NCBI RefSeq assembly: GCF_006345805.1
Contig: NC_042998.1
Coordinates: 175,894,001 to 175,958,000 of the forward strand
Source: Octopus sinensis
Taxonomy: Eukaryota
Length of the DNA: 64,000 nt
Direction: 5' to 3'
In this document: positions 23,561 through 37,694 of the stretch, one piece after another
How the letters are laid out: every line of letters starts with the position of its first letter
Position numbering within the stretch: the stretch's first letter is position 1
Translations under genes and position numbers: made by a program
Notes under the pieces: generated by a model
What the model was told of the DNA's origin: nothing
Seen by the model: the letters and a program-made list of their open reading frames with translations, nothing else
Database searches by the model: none

Positions 23561-23570
<10 letters not shown>
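23005..23570 (+). mobile_element. RTE-like 5' UTR-type repeat
   Basis: Contains GAGTTACCTTCTCCTAGAAGGGTGCCCTAACAAAGGCT, a motif I recall as typical of RTE 5' UTRs. A related motif lies on the minus strand at about 23640-23800. Confidence 0.45.
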
Positions 23571-23591
<21 letters not shown>

Positions 23592-24289
23592 TATATACAC
23601 TTTTTTTCTGATGTATTTAATTCTATATATTAGGGGGAAGATGGACCTCCTTTACTGTGGTGAAGGCATCCCATCTAGGAGAGGGAAACGCTGATATAAA
23701 ACCAGGTCTTTTGTTGCTGAGGGTCTCCTTAACAAGCTGTATATTGTCAGCAAACTCTGACTCATAGGGTAGACTAGGCTCTTCGGTTTGTTTATAGTAG
23801 CTCGTCTAGGAGATGAAAACCTGTGAAGAAAAAGCCCGAGGTGTATTGTTCTTGGTATTGTGGCACATATGTGCACCATATTCTTGCTAACATCACTTCC
23901 AAAAAGTGTGACTGGTTCTACACAAACCTTCAATACTCAAATCAAGTTATATGTGTGGGTTTTCTGACAACTTACATTTATTCATTCAATATGGCATTGC
24001 TTCAACTTGAAAATATTCCAAAAGTCTTCTGGCGAGAGAGTGAAAGCGGCAGGAACAGGTAAAGGATATTACTGGAAGTTTCTTGCTGGATCTCTACACA
24101 GTCAGCAACCATTGGGTAATGGCCGTTCCAGCACAGAACTTGTGAGTAAATGTGTCGTCCGTGTCTTCCAATGGTGACAAAGCAGGTCTATTTAGATACA
24201 GCACTACTTTCCCCAACAGGACGAGAAAAGGAGCCCCAAACATTGCTTACTCACCTTAAACATGTTAGCCTGCTGCAGCTGTCTGATTA

Positions 24290-27200
24290 TTCAGTAACGC
24301 AGTCGAAACACGAACAAATCTAAGAATATTTACCTCGGCTCTTGGAATGTGCGCACTCTCCAAGACAGTCACTCAGCACCAGCACGAAAAACAGCACTGG
24401 ATGCCCCTTGAACTAAAGAAATACAACATTGACATAGCTACATTCAGTGAAACTCGTTTAGCAGGATCATCACATTTAGGAGAAAGTAAAGGTGGATACA
24501 TATTTTTCTGGTGTGGAAGAAATGAAGACGAGACACACCACTCTGGTATTGGTTTTGGCATCAAAACAGAATTAGATAGATCCCTTCTTTCTCTACCCAA
24601 AAGTATTTCTGATCGCATCATGACACTAACGTTGGAACTTGATCACAACACTCGTACCAAACTTGTCAGTTGCAATGCCCCAACCATGATTTTATCTCCA
24701 GTTGTCACCATAGGGATAAACGTATCCTCATGGGCGACTTTAATGCTGGTGTTGGTACTGACTATCAGGCATGGAAGGGTTTACTTGGTCGCCATGAATA
24801 TAGATCGAATGAACTCTAGCGGTCTGCGTGTGCTTTCCATCTGCAGAGAATTCAGTCAAAGCACCACAAATACCTTTTTTCAACAGCAAAATGATTGCAA
24901 GGCGACCTGGATGCATCCTAGATCTAAGGATTGGCATCTCATAGACTATGTTATCACTAAGAAATGAAATTTTAGGAACTTTAAACATTACACGTTCCTT
25001 TCATAACGCCTGCTATATCTCTGACCATTCTATTCTCCGTAGTAAGGTTACGTTCCATTAGAAACACACAAGACTACAAAAGTCATCAGTGCCTAAGCAC
25101 ATTAATGTTCTGCCTTTGAAAACTGTTGAAAAGTAGGCTGAAATCTCTATCAAGTTGGACACTGCACTCAACATTGTTGATATCAATGATGACATAGAAT
25201 CATCTTGGAAGGTTTTGCGTGATGCAACGCACACTGCATCTGTAGAGATTCTTGAAATTCCTGTTCGTAAACATCAATATTGGTTCAACAATAACAACAC
25301 AGATGTCCAACAGTTGATAGATAAAATGCACAACTTTTACAAAACATGGATAAATGATAAGAGCTCATCCAGAAAAGAGAATACCTGCAAGAAATGCAGA
25401 GGCCAGGTGTAACATGCTCTTAGACAGATGAAGGAGGCTTGGTGGTCTTTCAAGGCTACTGACCTCCAAGAAGCTGCAGACAGAAAGGATTCTAAAGCCT
25501 TTTATGATGGCCTCAAGAAAGTGAATGATCCTCAAGAGCACAGTGTTACTCCTAATTTTTCATCGAATAGAGAGACACTGCTGACCGACAAATCTGACAT
25601 CTTGAAACGATGGAAAGATCACTTGGAAGCCGTGTTGAACTCCACCTCAGTCACTAATGATGACGTCATAATGTCTGTCCCACAGCACACTAAAAAACCG
25701 GAACTGTCTCTGGAGACAACCTTCCTGGAAACTGAAATACCGGAACTGTCTCTGGAGCCAACCTTTCTGGAAGTGGTAAACTTTATTAAACAGATCTCTT
25801 CTGGTAAAGCACCTTGCAGGGATGTTATTCCTTCTGAAATCTACAAACATGGTGGAAAGACGCTTTTGAGAATTTGCATGATCTCTTCATAAAGATTTGG
25901 ATGGTAGGCCGTGTACCACAGGACTTCAAGGATGCTTCGATTCAACATCTTTAAAAGAACAAAGGAAACAGAAGTGTTTGTGATAACCACCGTGGAATAT
26001 TGCTTCTGTCTTTTGCTGGTAAGATTCTTGCTCGACTCATTCTCAACAGGATCATCAAACACGTTGTAAATGATGTCTACCCAGAATCACAGTGCGGATT
26101 TCGCTCTGGTCGTGGCACTATCGACATGATCTTTTACCTCCGACAAGTCATGGAGAAGGTACATGAAGAAAATCAAGAGTTGTTCATGGCATTCATTGAC
26201 CTTACTAAGGCCTTCAACACTGTTAACTGGCAAGCACTATGGAAAGTTCTGGAAAAGCTTGGTATACCTGACAAGATGTTGAATGTTATCGTCTCTTTTC
26301 ATGAAGGAATGAAGGCTGCTGTCGTGTCTGGTGGGGAATCTTCGACTTCCTTCGACGTTATAAAACGGCACAAAGCAAGATTGTGTTATGGCCTCTGTTT
26401 TGTTTGCACTCTTTGTTTTTCGGTGACGCTGAGGTATGCTTTTGACTACGTACAAAGTAGTATCAAATTCCAGCTTCGAACAAGTAGTGGACTATTCAAT
26501 CATCAGCGTTTCAAAGCCAGACCACTGCTACACATCAGTATCATTCGTTATCTACATTTTGCAGATGCTGCTGCACTAGTAGCGACATCCTTAGAGGAAG
26601 CCCAGGAATTCTAGACCGGTTTCTGCCGAGTCGACTTTACTTCTCATCCTTTCAGGGTCGATAAATTAAGTACTAGCTGCATACTGGGGGCGATCTAATC
26701 GACTAGCTACTCTTCCAAAATTTCGAGCCTTGTGCCTAGAGTAGAAAAGAATATCACCCCTTATTCTTATTTCAAATAGGCACTTATTTTGTCATTTCGT
26801 GTTTATCGAATCGCTAAGTTACTCCTTAACAGAAAATGACACATTAGCCTTTGGTCTGACCATCAGCATAAAGAAGACGGAAGACACCAGCCTTGCCCTA
26901 TTCCTAAACAAATTCGAGGTGTCAAGTTGAAGCCACCGGTTCACAATTTCCCTGACACTCCTATACAGGTTGATGGAAAAAAGCCTAAATTATGTGAAGC
27001 CGTTTACATATCTTGGTAGTAAAGTGAATTTGAGTGCTTCCATTGATGATGAAATCGCCAACCGTCTTGCAAAGGCACCCAGCGCACTTGTCATCGCCTA
27101 GGGAATGAAAGGAGCATCAAACTTCTTGACACCAAAGTACAGGTCTATAAAGTAGCCATCCTTACTACTCTCTTGTATGGCTCAGAATCGTGGATACCCT

Positions 27201-27805
27201 TTAGACGACACATTAACCAACTAGACATCTTCCACAAAGACTGTTTGAGGACAATCTGCGGTTATTCCCTAAAGACAAAGTTTCTAATGCCGACTTGTTT
27301 AGCAAGTGTAAGATTGGTGGAATTGAGAGCTTCCAATTGCGCTGGGTTGGTCATATCGTTAGAATGAGTGACGAAAGAATATCCAAAGTCCTCATGTACA
27401 GCCTGCCTGAGAGTGAGCACAGGAATATTGGTCGACCATGGATCAGATATAAGGACAAGCTGAAGAGTAACGTCTTAGAGATGAAGATAGCTCACAACAC
27501 CTTTGAGTGAACAGCCTCGGGACGAACAAAATGGAGATCGTTGTGTCAAACTTAAAATTGTATTAAAAACTTTGTTGCATCCAGCATTAACAGGCCTCGG
27601 GGTGCAAGGCAAAGGAGAAAAGCGGCTGCAAATATATCATCTGCACTGACCTGTAATCCTCATACTTGCAACATCTGTGGCCTTCTTTGCAAAACGTTGA
27701 CGTGACTTAAATGTCACATTCGATATAGGCATTATGAGTGGCAAAGAAAGAGTACGTTGTCGGAGCCTCATACGTCGAACACGTCAGGAGAGTCTCATCA
27801 TCATA
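24290..27805 (+). mobile_element. Near full-length decayed RTE-clade (BovB/RTE-1-like) LINE: APE endonuclease plus reverse transcriptase
   Basis: WNVRTL, ELKKYNIDIATFSETRL, TWMHPRSKDWHLIDYVI, PESQCGFRSGRGTIDMIFYLRQVMEK, FIDLTKAFNTV, FADAAAL, LYGSESW, QLRWVGHIVRM; many stops and frameshifts; interrupted by a SINE at about 26627-26755. Confidence 0.93.
26627..26755 (+). mobile_element. Family-B SINE inserted within the RTE RT domain
   Basis: GAGTCGACTTTACTTCTCATCCTTTCAGGGTCGATAAATTAAGTAC. Confidence 0.75.
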
Positions 27806-27839
27806 TACATCTATATCTATATAACACCCCACTCCACAC

Positions 27840-27965
27840 ACATATGACAGACTTTCAGTTTCTGTCGACAAATCTGCTCAAGGCTTTGGTCTGCCCGGGG
27901 TTATAGAAGAAACTTGCTCAAGGTCCAATGTAGTGGGACTAAACTGGGAACCATGTGGTTGGGAA
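27840..27965 (-). mobile_element. tRNA-derived SINE (family D) fragment
   Basis: Minus strand: CTTCCCAACCACATGGTTCCCAG...CCTTGAGCAAG...ACCAAAGCCTTG. Related pieces lie at about 8600-8740, 22830-22990, 41560-41725 and 47640-47760. Confidence 0.6.
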
Positions 27966-28104
27966 GCATGCGTCTTACGATATAGACATGTCTCCGCCGC
28001 AGTTAGTATTGTTTGGTTTTAGCATTGCTCTGCTGTCATACTTTAAGGAAAGGCAAAGGAAAAGAGATATGTTGGGGATACAATACTTATCAGAGAGGAA
28101 AGGA

Positions 28105-28422
28105 GCACTCCGTCGGTTACGACGACGAGAGTCCCAGCTGATACGATCACGGAACAGCTTGCTCGTGAAATTAACGTGCAAATGGCTGAGCATTCCACAG
28201 ACACGTGTACCCTTAACGTAGTTCGCAAGGAGATTCAGCGTGACACAGAGTGAGACAAGGCTGGCCCTTTGAAATACAGGTACAACTCATTTTTGCCAGC
28301 TGAGTGGACTGGAGCAACGTGAAATAAAGTGTCTTGCTCAAGGACACAACGCGTCGCCGGGAATCGAACTCACAACCTTACGATCATGGGCCGAATGCCC
28401 TAACCACTAAGCCACGCGCCCT
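28105..28422 (-). mobile_element. tRNA-derived SINE (family C, 3' variant 2)
   Basis: GGCGCGTGGCTTAGTGGTTAGGGC...GAGTTCGATTCCCGG...TGTGTCCTTGAGCAAGACAC; closely similar to 41016-41330 in the opposite orientation. Confidence 0.88.
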
Positions 28423-28690
28423 CACTATCAGAGAGTAATGTTCTGGTGGTGAGGTTAAAAAAAGGCAGATAAAGGGAGATGGGCAAGGGAGGCAGTTACA
28501 TTAAGAGAGAGATAGAGAGTGAGAGAGTTAGTGGAAGTTAGAGGTGAAGAGAAAGAGAGAAATGTTAAAGTGCCTAGAAGAGAGGAATCTTAAAATCCTC
28601 TAATATATTATTATTATGACTAGAAGTGAAATAACTCAGCCAAATAAAAATGAAAATGCAAATCATCCTTTCTCTCTTAAGTATCTTCTC

Positions 28691-29184
28691 TTAATCTGTT
28701 TCGTTCTGTGGAATTTCCCCGGCTCCAACTAGTATATAATTATTTCTAATTTAGGGACAATGTCACAAATTAGGGACAGAGAACTGTTGATTAAACCAGC
28801 TGTACTTTTGAGAGTATTTGAAAATATTTTTCATCTTTTAAGAAATAGAAGTAGACTACATTTTTCTTTGCTTACTCGACGAGTGAGATGCTGTTTTGAG
28901 AAACGTGTCTTTTCCAAATTGCCTTTTTTCTACAAAAAAAAGTTTCATGTCCAGGCATTCTGTATTATTTAAAATACTAGCGAAGATGCTGTTACTAGGC
29001 GATAACGTCGAAATGCTTTCGTTTGACAAAGACAGTGTGTATGTGACAGAGCTGTTGTTGTTTTTGTCGGCATTTTCAGCAGAGATATTCAAACTGGATG
29101 TTAAAATAGTGTTTTGTTTTTGATCATGATCACCATTAATATTTTGCTGTGCGATCAACATACTAATCTTTTCCTGTCTGTATT
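28691..29184 (-). CDS. Candidate last two coding exons of an unidentified gene (29184-28876 and 28728-28691)
   Basis: A 309-nt open phase 1-1 exon ends at a GTAAGC donor, followed by a 147-nt GT-AG intron and an in-frame 38-nt exon ending IGAGEIPQNETD*. No recognisable homology. Confidence 0.3.
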
Positions 29185-29261
29185 CTGTTTAATGAAATGT
29201 GTTATTTTGTTAATTATCAGTTTTCTTTTTGGGGGCGTCACTCAGAACATTCGTAGCCATT

Positions 29262-29421
<160 letters not shown>

Positions 29422-29664
29422 AATATTATAGAAAAACTTGGTTCAAAAATTGAAGCACAAATCTTAGTTTTTCTTTTCCCAACTCCAGTAGGTGGAGATT
29501 CCAATTTTTAGGAAGTTATCTCTATGCGATTAGTTTTGGTAGAAAAAAAAAAGCTAAACAAGACAGAAGAAATCAAAACAAAACTCTTTATTAGTTAAAA
29601 CCCTTTGTTTCCGAGAGAGCAACTTGTAATTAACACATGCTTCGGTCAGCAGCGACTAATAATA

Positions 29665-29822
29665 ATAGTGGTTTCAAATTTTGGTACATAGGTCCAGCAA
29701 TTCTTGAAGGAGAGGGGACAAGTCGACTGCATCGATCCCAGTGTTCAACTGCTACTTATTTTATCGACCCCAAAAAGATGTCTGGCAACATCAGCCTCGG
29801 CAGAATTTGAACTCAGAACCTA
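29665..29822 (-). mobile_element. Family-B SINE
   Basis: GGTTTCAAATTTTGG...TTATCGACCCC...CTCGGCAGAATTTGAACTCAGAAC. Confidence 0.75.
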
Positions 29823-29974
29823 CTGTTAATGCAGAAGGTTTTACCAACAATGAAGTTGAGAGTGCAAATGAATTCCGTTCACGAATAGCCAACGAGAGAG
29901 AAGAAGCACTACTCCGAATGGAACTACATGGTCAGTTTCATCTTTCATCGCTAAACTAACAACTTAAACTAACA

Positions 29975-31140
29975 ACAATGTGGCTCAGCAAAGATGGCCT
30001 TAAAAAGAGTACTGAAAGCTTGAACATCGCTGCCCAGGACCAGGCATTGAATACCAAGTTAGTGAAAAGGGATACCACATAACTGAAACGAACCTCTTCA
30101 GAATGTGTAGGAAGAAGGTCTCACATCGTTAGCGCTTGTGGCAGTTTTGTGCAGAAAGAGTAAAAGCACAGTCACGACAAGGTAGCCCCGGAATTTGGCA
30201 TAGATAAGAACGTGATATTAGTCATAAAAAAGAACAGATAGTCAGCAGTGAAGGTATTCAGTTACCAGATGACCAGACATTAAAATAATTTAAAGAAGGA
30301 GAAATCTGACAGAGTACTAATTATAGAAATGAAAGAGATTGTTGAGGAGTACATTAGAAGGATGACGAAATTAATGAAGTCGAAGTTAAATGGTCCGAAT
30401 CTAGTGAAGGCTGTAAATACTTGGACAGTATCGTTACTTAGTCAGCAGCTTTTGTAGATTGGACAAAACCTAAATGAGCAGATATAGGCAGAAAAACTAG
30501 GAGAGAATTCAGTATGAATGAAGGAGTTCACCCTAGAGTAGGAGTAGCAAGGTTACATTTATCTAGAAAGGAAGGTGGAAGAAGTTAAATATCAGTAGAT
30601 AAAGCCTCCTATGTAGGTAAGAGTGAGGAAATTTTATCAAGAGCTGCTAGTGTAAAAGTAGGAGATAGGGAAACCAAAAAGCCAAATGCAGTTAGAAACC
30701 AGAAAAAGGAAGCAAGATCATCTGACTGGCTAGAGAAGGCTTTGCATTGTAGATTTCTAAAGATAGCTGCAGAAAATAGTAATGATTGTAGTTGCAGAAA
30801 GGAAGGTTGAAAAGAGAAATAGAAAGTTTGTTAGTAGCAGCACAAGATCCGGTATTGATGACTAACTAGATAAAATCCGAGGGAGAATAATAATAAGGAG
30901 GAAGGTGTCACTCATATAGTTAGTGAATGTAGTATGCTGGTACAGAAGAAATACAAAAAGACATGAAACCTAGGGAGAATCGTCCACTGGGAGTTATCTA
31001 GAAAGCTAAGATGTGATCATTCTGATAAGTGGTATGAACGTGAATCTAGAAAAGCGCTAGAAAGTAAGAAATGTAAGATGTGGGATCTTAACATTCAGAC
31101 TGACAGAGTAATAGAAGCTAGAATGCCTGATTTAGTAGTA
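29975..31140 (+). mobile_element. R4/Dong-like non-LTR retrotransposon fragments (RLE type), two pieces
   Basis: AAQDQALNT, HIVSACG...HDKVA, NLVKAVNTW, LHLSRKEGGR, AAQD, HIVSECS, RIVHWEL, WDLNIQTDRVIEARMPDLVV (restriction-like endonuclease PD motif); many stops. Confidence 0.85.
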
Positions 31141-32736
31141 GTAGCTGTAGCAGCAACAACAACACCTGTAGTAGTGGGTGTATCGTTAAACATAGTTAAA
31201 CAACCCTTATGCAGGGACCTTTTAAGCGGGATGGGCTACTCGACCTGAAGAAAATTCTAACTGGGTTTCACCTGCAAGGTCATATAGATGGGATTCGTGT
31301 GCCTGGTGTACCCCTATTAGGCGGGTAGTCATGATGTAATAATCCCTTCTATTATAAGCACAGGGCCTAAAATCAACTTATACATCCCATTAAAATTCAC
31401 TGGTTTTGTACTTAAATATATTTATATATGCATTATTTATTACTACTATTATTTTCATTCTAATTCATACTAGAGTTAATTTTGACTTTTATCCTGCAAA
31501 GTCCGATAAAATAAAGTTCCAGTCAAGTTCTGGAATCGATTTAATCTAATATTCCCTCCAACCAAATTTGAAACCATGTACCACAAATTTGAAACCGCCA
31601 TTTGATCGACTACATCCCCCACTCAGCAATTTTGTGACTTTACGCCTTTGTTAGAAATCATTTGTAAAGATACTTAAATTATTTTTCTCATAATTGATGT
31701 CATTTTTAAAATTTCATATTTGGCAGAAACGGTAGGGAGGCTGGCAGATTGCTTTTCGATATTTTCTTAAACGTTTTTACATTCTCAGTTCAAATTTCGC
31801 CTGATAGGATTTGCCATTTCCCCCTCCTTTGTCGACAAAATGAATTCCATCAGTCAAATACTGGGTTTGACTTAATGGCTTCCTTGCGCTTATGATAGAA
31901 ACTGTTCTTGTTAATTTCTTTTTTCTTCACATCATTTCTTTTGTGTCACTTTTGCCATCAAGGAAATCATTCTCCATTTCATGTCTCCTTAAAATATAAA
32001 GTTCTTGCGTTGTCGTTGTTGAAAGATATTAACATTTTGTCATGTAGCCATCAAGTGTAGCACGGTTAACCATGGCAGTGGTAGTTTATAATTGTGGCAA
32101 TTGTTTACAGCTTGTATTGTTTAACACGATGTCAGCATGCGTGATATGGACAGGAAACGGTGAAGAAGCAATAACTGTAGTCAATTCATACTGCAGTTTC
32201 GGAACTGTAGGCAGATTTTAATCACGAAACTCAGCAAGACTAACCAGCTGTTTTTATGTTCTTCATTCTCAGCGTCACCTGGATTATTTGATCGCAATAA
32301 AGTTTTTGTATAAAACTGAGAAACGATGCAATAGAAGCAGGGGTGATAAAGCAGAGTTAGTTCTCACTGTATTTACAGCTGAATCTCTGAACAAAATCAA
32401 GACGGCTCCCTTACTCAAGATACAGTAAAAAAGCCCGAGACATCGTTTAGTTGTGACTTTACCGGTAGGTTAAGTCACGATTTGTGACTCATCTAATATG
32501 GATTACCAGCATGCGTCTATTGTATGTGTTTAATATACCATTATCATGATAGTTTTTTAAATAGTCCAGTCGTTGCTGTCACATACAATGTAAAATACGT
32601 GTGTAAAGGTGACTTAAAGAAACACCGAAAAGTACTCTTAGAACTCAAAGTTTCATGCAGTATTAATATGTTTAAAAACATAATCATGCTGTGGAATGAA
32701 TTTTCGATACATATACATACATAATACACACGCACA

Positions 32737-32818
32737 TGTATGTATGTATGAATGTATGTATGTATGTATGTATGTATGTATGTATGTATGTATGTATGTA
32801 TGTATGTATGTATGTATG

Positions 32819-32863
<45 letters not shown>

Positions 32864-32876
32864 GTCTATCTATCTG

Positions 32877-32959
<83 letters not shown>

Positions 32960-32990
32960 ATCTATCTATCTTTCTAGCTATCTATCTATA
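32737..32990. repeat. Compound (ATGT)n-(CTGT)n-(CTAT)n microsatellite
   Basis: Direct reading. Confidence 0.95.
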
Positions 32991-34229
32991 TTAAAATTCA
33001 GGTGAATAAGGCATTTAAATGGTAAGGCATCGGGTTGAGTCAAAATTAAAATGCATACCCAGCAACTATAGACGAATACAAAGACTGGTACTGAAGTAAA
33101 AGCAGAAAGATATTCAGGTTATGAACTCATTCTGCGACCAGCGTTGTGGAATCACAAAATATGCACAAGCAGTGGAGTTTAAAAATTTTTTTAAATGTCC
33201 TTAATTGTATAGTTCATGTTTTCATCTGAAGAAAACATTTTTTTTTATAATGATATAATGTATTCATTAATCAATTAAAAAATTCTTTGGAAACAGCTGT
33301 AACGCATTGACATCAATTCATCGTTGCATACCCACATACAAACACAAACACACACACACACACACAGAGCCAAATTGTCAGTAAAATGGTTGGTACGGGT
33401 ATCAATGTGACCGCGGTTATAGGTTTACTAAACCAAACCAATAGGTAAAGATGGGGTAGACCACATTTTTGCCATTCTATAGAACACATGAAACAGTAAA
33501 AGTTTTCAATGACGGAATTTTCAGTAACAGTTCTTTCAATATAATCACATATGTGTAGAAAAGCTCTACGAAAATATATATTCCAGTGATGAAGTTGTTG
33601 GCATTAAAACTATTTTGGTCCCTTTTGGTTGGTTCTGCTCACAATTCGGAACAGATAATGAGTCTTTGAGTATATTCATGCATGTATCTTGGTACTTGTG
33701 TGAAAGATGATTTCAAGATGGCAAGTCAACCAGCGTACGATTGATTTTCAATGTGGTTCAAGCTTTCTCTTGGTTCAATAGATTTTAAACTCTCGACTCA
33801 GGTTGATTTCGTTTGAAGAATGTAAGAAGTTCTGACTTGATTTTTGCTTAAATATCCACTCAAAGCTGATTGAAGAATTAGCAGAAGTGATAAAAAAAAT
33901 ATACATTAAAATGGTTAGCCGACATTGTTTTTCCTATCAAATCACTGGGCACTAATGTTATGTCGATCTTCCAAAACATGAGAAAATATCGGAATTGGTC
34001 ATATGGACACTGTATTTCTTAGATTCTGATGAGAAATTGGTCACGTTTCAACAGAATCATGTTTCTCTTATAAATTGGCCAGTAATTAGAATAGCAACTT
34101 CGTTGCAGATAGGAACTTTAAATGCCATTCATGTTCTCTAGATGCAATATTCCTTGATTAGGTTTCTATTAGCCTTGTGTTTTAACATTTTGGCTTTACG
34201 GGAAAGTAATGATTTATAAAAGCAGCATG

Positions 34230-35070
34230 TGGCTCTGTGAATCAGAAACTGAAACATATAAGGAAGTAAGAGGCTGGCGCTTCGATGGTAGGAGTTTGTA
34301 AAGAGTGTGGTGTTAAAAAGTAAACAGATTTGGACAAAGGAAAACTCAACTGCATTTTCTTTGAAATATGATATTAATGCAAATTATAAATCATCATTTG
34401 CTGGTGTAAGGAAGCGTGCGAGAGACTCAAAATATACAAATCTTGAGGAAGCAGTGATGAAGTGATTTATCCATCAACAATCTTCTAATAACGAAGTCTG
34501 TGGTACAGAAATTCAAAGGGCTACTGCCAAACTAGTTAGGCACATAGACATCAAGACAGTCAAAGCTAGTAACGGGTATCTATAGCAATTTAAAAATCGC
34601 TATGGAATGGATTAAAATTTCACATGGTGAAGAAGACAGTGCACTAACCGACGAAATTAGACCATTCAAGTAGCAATCAAATGATTTAATTATTTGCGAA
34701 GGACTCCTTAAAATTGGGTTGTATTGGTGCTACTACCCCGGAATGCCCTAACTTTTAAAAACGAATCCACCAAATAGAATAAGGCGCGTTTTTCAGCGCT
34801 GTGTTGTGTAAAAGCTTTCGATATGCATCTTTTAAAATTAGTGGTGGTGGTGATGGCAGTGGATCGACATGTCTGCAAGTTTTGATAGGTATCAAGCACA
34901 ATCTATTGGTATATTTTTGCCATTCCAAGAAACCTTGGCCCAACAAACATCATTAATATTTGTCGTTTCCCGCATTTCGTTCCTGCCTTGGGTTACAACT
35001 AGGGAAGAACCTAAAAATTTTCGCTGAAAAGGTGACAATGATTCTAATTCTGAACAACTCACCTACTCGC
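34230..35070 (+). mobile_element. Decayed pogo/Tigger DNA transposon (CENP-B HTH and DDE remnants)
   Basis: RKRARDSKYTNLEEAVMK*FIHQ...KASNGYL*QFKNRYG, then HGEEDSA, and LILNNSPT near 35045. Confidence 0.8.
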
Positions 35071-35248
35071 TCAAACGTCATCAACTTGGCAGTAATAATA
35101 GTAATATAATGTGCATGTTCTGGCCAGCAAATATTTCTTCCACGAGTCAGCCGATGGACGAAGGTATAAATTGTAGCCTGTGAAATAATATATCAACGAA
35201 TATAATTGGCTAAACGTCACATAGTGGCATAAGACGATCTTCGGAAAG

Positions 35249-35300
<52 letters not shown>

Positions 35301-36449
35301 CACACAAACAAACACACAATTCCTCAATAACATTAAGACCTTAGATTTGAAATATTTTATTTCTTGGAAAACACCGAAGATTGCTTCTTTAGCCAAAGTT
35401 TGAAAGAATATTTTTGTACGATGCTGAGATAGAAAATGATTTTGAAGGATTCAAGGCAAAAAATTTTCAATGTAAAATCGTTACAGTAGAAGACTATATC
35501 AGAACCTGGTTAGAATTCAGAGGGTGACTCGATACATAATCTTAAGAGAACAAATAGCTGATGAAATTCTCGTTGGCGACAGTAGAGATAGACGACGAAT
35601 CAATTTCCAAGAAATTCAAATTCTGTGATACGGGAATTCCTGCATATTAATATTTCGTATACTGAAACTTATATCCAGTAATATCATCAACTCCTTAGAG
35701 ATTTCAGGGAACTCATTCTCCAGAAACGGTTTCTTCAGCAAGGGAAACAACTGGAAATTGACTCATTTTTCGAGCCAATTCACTCGAACCCTGCTGTAGC
35801 AGCACAGCCTGCTGTTTGATATTGATGATTTGACTCACCTGCTATTGACCTAAACCTTCCACATTCACCCCATACTTCTACGAAGTTGGGGTTAGGGTCA
35901 ATGAAATATAGTTTTCATATTCACCTCCGCCTCTGACACCACGACATCAAACACATCTACCATTTACCATTTAAATGAAATTAAAAATCAGCGTATCAAC
36001 TTTTTGGCTTAGGCGTACTGTAAAGTTAAATAAGTTTATAAAATATACAGATCTCAGCTTCATTGTTTATCATATAAGTTACAATCAGAATCCTGCTCCG
36101 ATAGCCTGAGATTCTTGTTGACAGAGCAAGTCTGCCAATATTTGTCAGCCGGTTGGAGACCTGACTAAAAGCCAAAAATATCGCTGTTGTAGGATGTTTA
36201 CAATATTATCTGAAATCTTGTTACTCTCGATCATGTCTAGCATACAGTATAGATGTCTTCAATATCGTTTAGGCATACAGTACTAATCTGTATCTTCAAT
36301 TAACGCATACATTCGGTTAACTCGGACACCTCTAGTACGTTTTAACGAGATTTCACCGAATTTAAGAACATAAATGGTCAGCTAATTAGCAGTCGTTTTT
36401 CTCTCCTCTTACTCTACCCCTACCCCACCAAAGGCACCACTATCGCCGA

Positions 36450-36680
36450 GGAACTTGCACAAAGTAGATGTAGCGGTTTTAAAATTAAAGCTGGACATCT
36501 TCCTGTCGAGAGTCCCAGATGAACCTACCTCACGGCAAGAGGTGCAAATGAGAGTAGCTATATCAAAATCCATTCTTCACCAAGTGCCACATATTAGACG
36601 AGGTTCTTCACAATAACGGTGTAGCACAAAACGGCGGTGCATCAGCATGGCCGCAGCTCTGAGTTGAAACCAGAGAAAAT
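36450..36680 (+). mobile_element. CR1-like LINE 3' end
   Basis: DVAVLKLKLDIFLSRVPDEPTSR matches the C-terminus of ORF 62071-62847. Confidence 0.75.
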
Positions 36681-36719
36681 ATATATATATATATATTAAT
36701 ATATAATAAAATAAATGTG

Positions 36720-36955
36720 CCCTTTTAAAGCCTAGCCAGGCTCATGGGCCCGGTTTCCCGGTTTCAATGGCGTATGTGTTCCCCAGCTGGATGGGACGTC
36801 AGTCCATCGCAGCGTTACTCATTTTTGCCAGCTGAGTGGACTGAAGCAACGTTAAATGAAGTGTTTTGCTCAAGAGCACAACGCGTTGCCCGGGCCAGGA
36901 ATCGAAACCACAATCTTACGATCATGATGCTGACACCCTAACCACCAAGTGCACT
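36720..36955 (-). mobile_element. tRNA-derived SINE (family C, 3' variant 3)
   Basis: Same head and central block as 20537 and 28105, but the tail reads GAAACCGGGAAACCGGGCCCATGAGCC. Confidence 0.82.
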
Positions 36956-37304
36956 GGTATTCTGGTCGAAACTGCCTTCGAATTTTTCTCTCCTAAAGGG
37001 ATCTTCGACCCAATATTTACATTCTGTACACACATAGCTTTATGTGTGTACTTCGAGAAATGCTATTCCCAAAAAGTACTATTTCTCGTTCTCTCGAGAG
37101 TTTATCAAATTCTTATATATACATACATGCCTATATATAAGAATTATGCGAGTGTGTGTGTGTGCATGTAATATCAAAAGAAAATGAGTTTAAAAAAATA
37201 ACTTTGAGCGGCTACTAGCATGAATATAGACAATAAATACGAATATTGGTATATTTAGAACCATACCAGATAAATTCGTGATTTATTGAATATACATGCA
37301 TAAC

Positions 37305-37643
37305 ACAGGTTCATACATACATACATACATACATACATACATACATACATACATACATACATACATACATACATACATAGTACGTACGTACGTACGTACA
37401 TACATACATACATACATACATACATACATACATACATGCATCTGTGTGTGTGTGTGTGTTTGTGTGTGTGTGTTTGTGTGTGTGTGTGTTTGTGTGTGTG
37501 TGTTTGTGTGTGTTTGTGTGTGTAAACATTCAAAAATTAAGAGAAAATAATCTGGCTGATCAGAAAGTTGAGTAGATATCTTTAAACAACCTGCTCTCAC
37601 GAACACACACAGAGAAAGGAAGTAAAAAATATTTGACGAATAG

Positions 37644-37694
<51 letters not shown>

